A DNA stretch of 64,000 bases from an uncultured Clostridia bacterium (GTDB lineage: Bacteria; Bacillota; Clostridia; Christensenellales; UBA1242). Location of the stretch: positions 227,453-291,452 of the forward strand of contig CALWJY010000015.1 in assembly GCA_944381135.1 (NCBI GenBank), written 5' to 3'. This document shows positions 47,715 through 55,378 of this stretch, one piece after another. The notes under the pieces were generated by a model that saw only the letters and a program-made list of their open reading frames with translations, ran no database searches and was not told the DNA's origin. Made by a program: the position numbers and the translations under genes. Every line of letters starts with the position of its first letter. The first letter of the stretch is position 1.

Positions 47715-48092
47715 TCAATCTTCAATTTCAAGATTGTTTCCAAAGAATGCTCTCAGTTTTTTGATGTCTTTTTCAATTTTTTGTTCTTTGCTTTCAAACT
47801 TCACAACTTCAAATTTGAGGTCAAGTCCTTGCCACCGAATTGCCGTTTCAATGTCCTTTCGTCCGTTTTCCAGAACATCAATCAAAAAGTCATCGCTTGA
47901 GCGGATGATGAGTTTTCCATCCGCAATCACTGCGTTTGTGATGTCTCCACAAGCAACATGAAGTGCCACTTTCTTATGTTCTCGAAGATAGAGCACCACT
48001 TTTCCCCAAACATTGCTTGCCGAAACTTTTGTAAGGTCTCGCTCAATTTTCAGTTTTTTTTTACTTCCATGCCCAAAATTGCAGTCAGACAT
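47715..48092 (-). CDS. dnaX: DnaX (tau) C-terminal domain encoded in the -1 frame relative to dnaX; probably reached by a shift at the A9 run, not by independent initiation
   Basis: NVWGKVVLYLREHKKVALHVACGDITNAVIADGKLIIRSSDDFLIDVLE... fits the tau C-terminal pattern of Firmicutes. No SD before its ATG. Overlaps the dnaX 0-frame by 43 nt. Confidence 0.6.
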   Translation of the reverse strand: MSDCNFGHGSKKKLKIERDLTKVSASNVWGKVVLYLREHKKVALHVACGDITNAVIADGKLIIRSSDDFLIDVLENGRKDIETAIRWQGLDLKFEVVKFESKEQKIEKDIKKLRAFFGNNLEIED

Positions 48093-49153
48093 GTGGTTTC
48101 AAGCAAAAGTCTGACTGAAAGTGTGTATCTCAGTTCGCTTTCCGCACTTGAAAAGACTTGCATATATCTGATGAGGTCCTTTTCTTCAAACTCCTCAGCC
48201 TGTTTTGAATATCTCTCAAAAACATCGTCTGGCAAATTGAGAATTTCCTTTGCGTTGTTGCAAGACTTGCAAACAAGCAAATTTCGCGCATGTTTTGACA
48301 AATCTTTTGCAAAAACAGCCAAATTTTTGCCCTCTTTTTCAATTTTGTCAATCATGGACAAAACCGCACCAACCTCTTTTTCGTGAAATTTCTCGAAAAA
48401 GTCCAAAATCAAATCGTGGTCGGTTGTGCCAAGCACCTGCAAGGTTTTTTCTTTTGTCACATCGCCTTGAGAGAATGCCGCAATGCTGTCCGCAATTGAA
48501 AGAGTGTCACGCACACTGCCCTCGCCTGCACTTGCAATGATTTTCAAACTCTCCTCGTCATATTTGATGCTTTCTTTGTCAAAAACTTTGGCAAGATGGC
48601 GCGAAAGTTCTTCCACCGAAACAAGTCTAAAATCAAAACGCACACAGCGTGAAAGAATGGTTTGTGGCAGTTTGTGCACTTCCGTTGTTGCCAAAATGAA
48701 GATGACATATGGTGGTGGCTCTTCCAAAGTTTTCAAAAGAGCATTGAACGCACTGTCAGAAAGCATATGCACTTCGTCCACGATGTAGACCTTATATTTC
48801 GCCCCAACAGGCATAAACCTCACCTTTTCGCGAATTTGCCTGATGTCATCCACTTTGTTGTTTGAGGCCGCGTCAATTTCAATGATGTTGATGTCGTTTT
48901 CTTGCTCCAACCTCTTGCAGTTTTCGCACTCTCCGCACGCCGAACCATGAATTGGATGCAGACAGTTGACAGCCTTAGCAAAAATTTTTGCCACACTTGT
49001 CTTACCCGTCCCACGAGTGCCTGTGAAAAGATAGGCGTGTCCAATTTGGTCATGCTCAATCTGGTTTTGAAGTGTTCTTGTGATGTGTTCTTGCCCAATC
49101 ACATCTTCAAAACGCTTTGGTCGATATTTACGATATAATGCAACATGGTTCAT
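48050..49153 (-). CDS. dnaX: DNA polymerase III gamma/tau subunit, 0-frame product (domains I-III, gamma-like)
   Basis: YRKYRPKRFEDVIGQEH, GTRGTGKTS Walker A, Zn module CGECENC, DEVHML, SRC motif. Confidence 0.95.
   Translation of the reverse strand: MNHVALYRKYRPKRFEDVIGQEHITRTLQNQIEHDQIGHAYLFTGTRGTGKTSVAKIFAKAVNCLHPIHGSACGECENCKRLEQENDINIIEIDAASNNKVDDIRQIREKVRFMPVGAKYKVYIVDEVHMLSDSAFNALLKTLEEPPPYVIFILATTEVHKLPQTILSRCVRFDFRLVSVEELSRHLAKVFDKESIKYDEESLKIIASAGEGSVRDTLSIADSIAAFSQGDVTKEKTLQVLGTTDHDLILDFFEKFHEKEVGAVLSMIDKIEKEGKNLAVFAKDLSKHARNLLVCKSCNNAKEILNLPDDVFERYSKQAEEFEEKDLIRYMQVFSSAESELRYTLSVRLLLETTCLTAILGMEVKKN
48054..48062 (-). promoter_or_regulatory. A9 slippery run (A AAA AAA heptamer in the dnaX 0 frame)
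   Basis: Minus strand reads ATG GAA GTA AAA AAA AAC TGA, with nine consecutive A. Confidence 0.6.
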
Positions 49154-49216
49154 CTAAAATTTCTTCTCCAATTCTTCTGTCGAAAATACAAATTTCTTTC
49201 ATTTTTTATTTCAATT

Positions 49217-49966
49217 TTAATAGTTTTCTCTGCAAATCACTGCAAAGTTGTCAACATCCAAGCAAGCGCCACCAATCAAAGCCCCATCCAAAGCAGGATT
49301 GGAAATGATTTTTGCATAGTTGTTGATGTTTATGCTTCCACCATAAAGCACTTTGATGGAATTTCCCGCCTTTTCGGAATATTGCAACGCAATTTCTTTT
49401 CTGATTATTTCCACCATTTTGGCGATGTCGCTTTTTGTGGCAACTTTCCCTGTTCCAATTGCCCAAATTGGCTCGTAGGCAACAATCACGCTTTCAAGTT
49501 CGTTTTCATATATGCCTTTCAAATCGTCATCAATTTGTTTTCGCACAAATGCGCATGTTTGTTTGTTTTGTCTTGTCTGCAAACTTTCACCCACACACAA
49601 AATCACCTTAAGTCCACTTGCAAGTGCCGTCTTGATTTTTTTGTTGATGAGTTTGTCAGTTTCTTTAAACTTGGAGCGTCTTTCAGAATGCCCAATGATG
49701 ACATAGTTTGCGCCCGCGTCCTTAATCATTTTTGCGCTGATTTCACCAGTGAATGCGCCACTTTCCTCTTCAGAAATGTTTTGAGCGCCAACTTCAACCC
49801 TGCTTCCACCAAGAAACTCTCGCGCAACCGCAAGATGAGTGAATGGCGGACAAACAACAATGTCATTTTTGGAATTTTGAGTTTTGGTTGCAAGTGACAT
49901 TGCATATGCTTTAAATTCGCTTGGAACAGTGTTCATTTTAAAATTTCCAACAATCAGTTTTTTCAT
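49217..49966 (-). CDS. tpiA: triosephosphate isomerase
   Basis: GNFKMN, IIGHSERR, AYEPIWAIGTG. Confidence 0.97.
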   Translation of the reverse strand: MKKLIVGNFKMNTVPSEFKAYAMSLATKTQNSKNDIVVCPPFTHLAVAREFLGGSRVEVGAQNISEEESGAFTGEISAKMIKDAGANYVIIGHSERRSKFKETDKLINKKIKTALASGLKVILCVGESLQTRQNKQTCAFVRKQIDDDLKGIYENELESVIVAYEPIWAIGTGKVATKSDIAKMVEIIRKEIALQYSEKAGNSIKVLYGGSININNYAKIISNPALDGALIGGACLDVDNFAVICRENY

Positions 49967-50064
49967 TTTATGCTCCTTTCCAATTGTGTTGTTTTAAGAC
50001 TTTTCTCGCAACCTTTGTTGTGTTTCTCTTTACTTTTTCCTTTGCTAAAAAAATTTTTGTCACT

Positions 50065-51234
50065 TCAAATGCAATCAATCACTTCCACCGCTGGCAAAGG
50101 CTTTCCTTCCATAAGTTTCAAACTTGCACCGCCTCCGGTTGAAAGGTGGTTGATTTTGTCTGCAACTCCACACGCTTTGACTGCGCTGACGCTGTCTCCT
50201 CCCCCAACAATGGAATATGCTCCGCTTTTTGCAACTGCTTTTGCAATTTTCAGCGTTCCATTGCGGAATGCGTGGTCTTCATATTTCCCCATAGGTCCAT
50301 TCCACATGATTTGTTTTGCTTTCATGATTTCAGCAGCGAAAAGTTTGATTGTCTTTTTGCCTATGTCAAGAGCCATCATGTCACTCTTAAGTTCTGTCGT
50401 CTTGATTGGTCTGCCCTTTTCGCCAACCACGGCAACATGGTCGACAGGAAGCAAAATTTTGATTCCTCTCTCATCTGCTGTCCTTAAAATTGCTCTTGCA
50501 TTTCCAACTTGGTCCTCAGCCACAATTGAAACGCCGATGTTGATGTCTTTTGCCTGCAAGAAAGTGTATGCCATTGCTCCGCCAATGATGATGACATCGG
50601 CAACATTCATGACATTGTTTATGAGAGGCAATTTGTCCTCGACTTTTGCTCCGCCAAAAATTGCCACAAATGGATGAGATGGGTCTTTGAATGCTTTGTC
50701 AAAAACATTGAGTTCTTTTTGAATCAAGAAGCCAATTGCGCTTGGCATTTTAAGTGCAACGCCATAGTTTGACGCATGCTTTCTGTGAGCCACACCAAAA
50801 GCATCGTCAACATAGACATCTGCCAATTTGCAAAGTTGGTCAACAAATTTAGGGTCATTTTCTTCCTCGCCTTTGTTGAAGCGCAAGTTTTCCAGCACCA
50901 AAATTTCGCCGTCTTTCATTTTTGAAACGGCGTCATCCACTTCAAGTCCGACAACCTTACTGCAAAATTTGACTTTGTTTGGAAATTGCTTCATCAAAGA
51001 AACAGCCACCGGGAAAAGCGACAAAAACTTGTCATAACCTTTAGGCCTGCCAAGATGAGAACATATGATAAGTTTGCACCCAGCATTGTTGAGATAGGAA
51101 ATTGTTGGAATTGCTTGCACAATGCGGTTGTCGTCCAAAATGTCGCCCCAATTGTCAAGTGGAACATTGAAATCGCAACGCAAAAGCACTCTTTTTCCTT
51201 TCAAATCTTTCAAATCGCTTATTGTTCTTTTCAT
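50065..51234 (-). CDS. pgk: phosphoglycerate kinase
   Basis: RCDFNVPL, SHLGRPKG, GGGDS. Start set at the ATG at 51234 after AAGGATG. Confidence 0.96.
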   Translation of the reverse strand: MKRTISDLKDLKGKRVLLRCDFNVPLDNWGDILDDNRIVQAIPTISYLNNAGCKLIICSHLGRPKGYDKFLSLFPVAVSLMKQFPNKVKFCSKVVGLEVDDAVSKMKDGEILVLENLRFNKGEEENDPKFVDQLCKLADVYVDDAFGVAHRKHASNYGVALKMPSAIGFLIQKELNVFDKAFKDPSHPFVAIFGGAKVEDKLPLINNVMNVADVIIIGGAMAYTFLQAKDINIGVSIVAEDQVGNARAILRTADERGIKILLPVDHVAVVGEKGRPIKTTELKSDMMALDIGKKTIKLFAAEIMKAKQIMWNGPMGKYEDHAFRNGTLKIAKAVAKSGAYSIVGGGDSVSAVKACGVADKINHLSTGGGASLKLMEGKPLPAVEVIDCI

Positions 51235-51346
51235 ATCCACATCCTTTTTTACATTTTACAACATTTCAGAAGCAAAAGCAAAACAAAAAGTCAAACATTT
51301 TCAAATTTTAATTTCAACGTTGTTTTTTCGAAGGGTAATTTCAAGT

Positions 51347-52288
51347 TTAAACCTCTTTCAAGAATGCCTCTTTCAAGATGTCAAGAGCCTCATCCACATC
51401 GTTGCAAGTGGCAAGTGTCAGCCGTAGATTTGATGCCAAAGGCAAATCTTTTGCATACCACAACAGATGTTTTCTTATGTAGAGTTTAAGCCAACTGTCC
51501 TCGAAATGTTGTCTCAAAATTGATATATGCTCTTCAATTGTGCCAAATTTGTCAATTTTTTCAATCTTTTTGGATGAATTTGAATTAAGTTCAGCAAAAA
51601 TCCATGGTCTGCCAAGCGCACCTCGCCCAATCATGACCCCGTCAACGCCGGTTTTGCGCATTTCAAGCAGACTTTTCGCGTCCACAACATCTCCACTTCC
51701 AACAACCGGAATTTTCACTTTTGCCTTGACTTCCGCCAGCGCCTCCCAATCGGAATGCCCAGCATAGCCCTCTGCCACAGTTCTGGCATGAAAAGTGATG
51801 AAATCCACCCCACAATCTTCACACATGCGCGCAAATTCGAGATAGTTTTTCAAGCGATTTCCCTTTCTGAATTTCACTGAAACCGGTCTGTCTGTGGCAT
51901 TCTTGACACTGCAAATGATGTCTTTTGCAAGCGAAAGGTTGTCCAAAAGCGCTGCCCCTTCGCCATTTCTGACAATTTTTGGTGCAGGACATCCCATGTT
52001 GATGTCAAACCCGTCAAATTTCTCTAAAATTGGGCTTTTCACAGCGCGCTGCATATATTCTGGCTCATGTCCAAAAATTTGCGCAATTTTCACCTTTTCG
52101 GCATCGGTTGTTATGGTCATAAACTCGGTTTTTCGTGGATTGTGCGCCATTGCGCGTGCAGAAAGCATTTCGGTGACAGTTGCGTCCGCACCAAATTTCG
52201 AACATACCGCTCTGAAACCCACATCCGTCACACCAGCCATTGGTGCAAGCATGATTGGATTTTCAATTTCTTTATTGCCAATTTTCAT
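51347..52288 (-). CDS. dusB: tRNA-dihydrouridine synthase
   Basis: LAPMAGVTD, NMGCPAPK, TIM-barrel FMN pattern. Start at the ATG at 52288. Confidence 0.9.
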   Translation of the reverse strand: MKIGNKEIENPIMLAPMAGVTDVGFRAVCSKFGADATVTEMLSARAMAHNPRKTEFMTITTDAEKVKIAQIFGHEPEYMQRAVKSPILEKFDGFDINMGCPAPKIVRNGEGAALLDNLSLAKDIICSVKNATDRPVSVKFRKGNRLKNYLEFARMCEDCGVDFITFHARTVAEGYAGHSDWEALAEVKAKVKIPVVGSGDVVDAKSLLEMRKTGVDGVMIGRGALGRPWIFAELNSNSSKKIEKIDKFGTIEEHISILRQHFEDSWLKLYIRKHLLWYAKDLPLASNLRLTLATCNDVDEALDILKEAFLKEV

Positions 52289-52395
52289 GTAAACATAATA
52301 GCACAAAAAAAGAAAAACTGTCAACGACAGCCTTTAATATTTTGTTTAATTTGGAAATCTATTTCTGTTTGTTTAATTTTCAAATCTCTTCTTTT

Positions 52396-52722
52396 AATTA
52401 AATAAGAGGCAACAATGTTGCCCATCTGTGATGGATTCTAATGTCATATTCAGTTTATGAGTTTAATATACTTTTGTTTATATTTTAGTTAAAATAAAAA
52501 GCGACACTATCGCCCCGTCAGTGACGCGGTCAATGACCGATTCTTTTGATTTGTTTTTTATATGGCTTAATTTTATCTGACCTCATATCACCTAAAAATA
52601 AAAAGCGACGATGTCGCCCCGTCAGTGACGCGGTCAATGACCGATTCTTTTGATTTGTTTTTTATATGGCTTAATTTTATCTGACCTCATATCACCCTAA
52701 AAATAAAAAGCGACAATGTCGC
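52396..52722. repeat. tandem 104-105-bp repeat (2 near-identical copies, a partial copy fused to the hup stop, and a decayed 4th), each carrying a terminator hairpin
   Basis: The GCGAC hairpin starts at 52501, 52605 and 52710. 52515-52604 is almost identical to 52619-52708. A decayed copy has GGCAACAATGTTGCC at 52404-52418. Confidence 0.85.
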
Positions 52723-52995
52723 CTATTTTATGTTGTAAACAAAGTTTTTGAAACCCTTAAACGCAATCATCTTTTTTGGCGCGCAGATGTAATATCTTTT
52801 TGTCTGCGGATTTAAAAATTTACGCGCTTTGCGCTCTTGCAAAGAAAATTTTCCAAAGTTTCGTAATGAAATTTCCTCACCTTTGCAACACACCTCCAAA
52901 ATTGCTTCCTTAAATTCGTCCAAAAACAAATCACACTTAGATTTTGAAAGATTTGTCCTCTTTGCCAAAAGTGACACAAATTCTGCTTTGTTCAT
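52723..52995 (-). CDS. hup: HU-family DNA-binding protein
   Basis: MNKAEFVSLLAKRTNLSKSK...FGKFSLQERKARKFLNPQT. 90 aa. Confidence 0.93.
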   Translation of the reverse strand: MNKAEFVSLLAKRTNLSKSKCDLFLDEFKEAILEVCCKGEEISLRNFGKFSLQERKARKFLNPQTKRYYICAPKKMIAFKGFKNFVYNIK

Positions 52996-53083
52996 TTCAA
53001 TCTCCTCCCAAGTTGATGTTTGCCAATAATCTTGTTTTTAAACACAACAGACAAAAATTTTCGAGGCTTCGAGACCTTTTCAG

Positions 53084-54634
53084 TTATGTTCCGCGCGCAA
53101 CCTTGATGGCTTTCCTTGGACGAGAAATTTTGATTCTCAGAAGAAATGGCACAGTCAAAACAAGATATGCAAAAACGCCTAAAATCACTGCCAAAATGAT
53201 GTTGAAAATTGTGGAGAAATAGTTGCAATTTATGAAAGTGTAAACCATGAAAAACATGGAAACTGTGCCCAAAATCAACAAGAAAAAGTCATAAAACGGA
53301 ATGGCAAACGAGACAATTCTTTTAAGTTTCCATATGGCAAGAAGACAGACAATTGCAGAAAGGGCAATGTTGCCAAGCACAAGCGCAAAAATGTTGACAC
53401 TTCCACTTGCCGACAAAAAGAATGAAAGACTTGCTTTCACAATTCCGCCCAAAATCATGGAAAGCAAAATGAAACGAAACTGCCCGTTTGCCTGCAAAAG
53501 CATGATGAGATATTGCATCAGCGCCGTGAAAACAATCGAAAACCCTCCATACAACATCAAATTGAAAGCCACATCAAGCATGGAGGATGTCATGGCTGGA
53601 TAGACAAGCGCCAACATTTGTCTTGAAATTGCAACAATTCCAAAAGTTGTTGGCAAGATGAGATAGAGCAAAATTTTCAGCCCCTGCTCAATGATGTGCC
53701 TTCCACCTGTTCCGCGCGAGATGAGATAGGATATGTTTGGCAAAAGAGTGGTTGTGACAGCCATGGAAATGATGAGTGGAAAGTTTAAAATTGCCCCAAC
53801 AACACCCGCTTGAAGTCCATAGAGTTGTGTTGCAACACTGTTTGAAATTCCGCCAAGAACAAGGCGCGGGATGATGATAAGTCCGTCAAAAGCGTTGACA
53901 AGTGGCAAAATTGCCGAAGAAAGTGTGAGCGGAAGATTGGCGCTGTCAAACTCTTTCCTTGCAATTTTGATTGTTTGTAAGTCGCTCGGCTTTTCGCGCT
54001 TTTTATGTTTAGCAAAAAAATGGATGAAAAGAAACATCAGCGCCACAATCTCGCTTAGAACAATGCCCAAAAACGCACCAAAAACGCCAGCGGAAATTCC
54101 AATTTTGGAAAAAATGGACGCAAACAGAAGCCCAAAAACAAACTTAAAAACTTGCTCTGTGATTTGGCTTATGGCAGTTGGAATCATGTTTTCAAAGCCT
54201 TGAAAGAACCCGCGAAGCGAAGCAAGCCCCGCACCAAGTGGAAGCAAAAGAAGAAAAAGCATATATGAATTTGCCGCATCAATTCCTTGAAATGCGCTGA
54301 TATAGCGTCCCAAAAGCAGAAACAAAAGCCCCAGCAAAAACCCCACACCAAGCGACACAAAAAGCGCGCGTCCGAGGAAAATGCCAATTTTTACCTGCTC
54401 TCCTCTTGCCCGCGAGGCAGAAATCAGTTTTGAAAGCGAGTTTGTCACCCCTCCACAAGTCAGCACAAGCGCAAAGGAATAGAGCGACATGACAAGTTGA
54501 AAAATTCCAATGCCCTCAATTCCCAAAAGATTTGTCAGTGGAAGCCTGAAAAGTGCCCCAAGAGCCTTGCAGATAAGCCCACTTAAAAGCAAAACAAAGG
54601 CGCTGACGCCCAATTTTGAACGAATTTTCTTCAT
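53084..54634 (-). CDS. MOP-superfamily polysaccharide/lipid II flippase (SpoVB/MurJ-like)
   Basis: 516 aa with ~14 TM segments. N-terminal LLSGLICKALGALFRLPLTNLLG is typical of Polysacc_synt-family proteins. Confidence 0.8.
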   Translation of the reverse strand: MKKIRSKLGVSAFVLLLSGLICKALGALFRLPLTNLLGIEGIGIFQLVMSLYSFALVLTCGGVTNSLSKLISASRARGEQVKIGIFLGRALFVSLGVGFLLGLLFLLLGRYISAFQGIDAANSYMLFLLLLPLGAGLASLRGFFQGFENMIPTAISQITEQVFKFVFGLLFASIFSKIGISAGVFGAFLGIVLSEIVALMFLFIHFFAKHKKREKPSDLQTIKIARKEFDSANLPLTLSSAILPLVNAFDGLIIIPRLVLGGISNSVATQLYGLQAGVVGAILNFPLIISMAVTTTLLPNISYLISRGTGGRHIIEQGLKILLYLILPTTFGIVAISRQMLALVYPAMTSSMLDVAFNLMLYGGFSIVFTALMQYLIMLLQANGQFRFILLSMILGGIVKASLSFFLSASGSVNIFALVLGNIALSAIVCLLAIWKLKRIVSFAIPFYDFFLLILGTVSMFFMVYTFINCNYFSTIFNIILAVILGVFAYLVLTVPFLLRIKISRPRKAIKVARGT

Positions 54635-54746
54635 AATTCACCCTCTCAAAAGCACTTGACAACAAAAAATGCCAAAAATTGCCCAAACCTTAGACTTATC
54701 ATGAAAAAACTATCAAGAAATATTCAAAAATTTTTGCAAAAGGGTA

Positions 54747-54775
54747 TTTACAAATCAAATTTTTTGTGATATAAT
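54747..54775 (+). promoter_or_regulatory. sigma-A promoter with extended -10
   Basis: TTTACA, 17 nt, (TGa)TATAAT, followed by the SD GTGAGGTGAG and the ATG at 54808. Confidence 0.6.
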
Positions 54776-54807
54776 CTTTCCAAGAAAAATTTAAGTGAGG
54801 TGAGACT

Positions 54808-55239
54808 ATGGATTTCGGAAAACTTGAAAAAGTTGACATCGAAAAAATGAGCGAAAGAGAAAAAATTGCTTTTCAAGACAAATTCAGTGTGTTGGTGTTG
54901 AGACCACAAGATGGAAGCACGCCTTCAACTGCTTATAATCACATAAGCAGACTTATCCAATTTATGAATCCGGAACTTAACAAAGTCATTGCAAAATATA
55001 ATAAATCTGGATATGCTGAAAAACACACAGAATTCAAAAACCAATTGCCATTTTTGATGCGTGCTGCACAGTTAGGTTATCCAATTGTGATTCCTGACTA
55101 CACTAAATATGGTTTTGGTCAAGAAGAAAAATATAGAACCGCTGAAGATATGTCATATTATCTAAACCAAAGAATTCTTGATAGATATCAAGTTAAGTTG
55201 CCAGAAAATATCGCTCAAAAACTTGATAAGAACAAATAA
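54808..55239 (+). CDS. hypothetical protein (143 aa)
   Basis: Good promoter, SD and terminator. No family recognised. Confidence 0.65.
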   Translation: MDFGKLEKVDIEKMSEREKIAFQDKFSVLVLRPQDGSTPSTAYNHISRLIQFMNPELNKVIAKYNKSGYAEKHTEFKNQLPFLMRAAQLGYPIVIPDYTKYGFGQEEKYRTAEDMSYYLNQRILDRYQVKLPENIAQKLDKNK

Positions 55240-55265
55240 TAAGAAAAAATAACAATCAAATAATG

Positions 55266-55297
55266 CAAAAAAATCCACAGAAATTGTGGATTTTTTA
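55266..55297. terminator. bidirectional rho-independent terminator
   Basis: A-run, TCCACA-GAAAT-TGTGGA, then T6. Confidence 0.75.
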
Positions 55298-55378
55298 TCA
55301 TGTTTAATGAATTAATTATTGATTAAATTTGGCAAACCAATCATTAAAGATTTTGTCTTTCTTTATTTCTGCTCTTAC

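Noticed and set aside
48050-48052. UGA read as Trp (Mollicutes-type code 4) as an explanation for the dnaX stop.
   Set aside because: Reading through the TGA in the 0 frame does not enter the conserved downstream frame. Other conserved genes (whiA, sufC) also terminate at TGA at their expected lengths, and Trp is encoded by TGG throughout.
52396-52722. Possible CRISPR array.
   Set aside because: The units are ~105 bp and directly abutting, with no unique spacers. No cas genes are present in the window. Each unit ends in a hairpin plus U-run typical of terminators.
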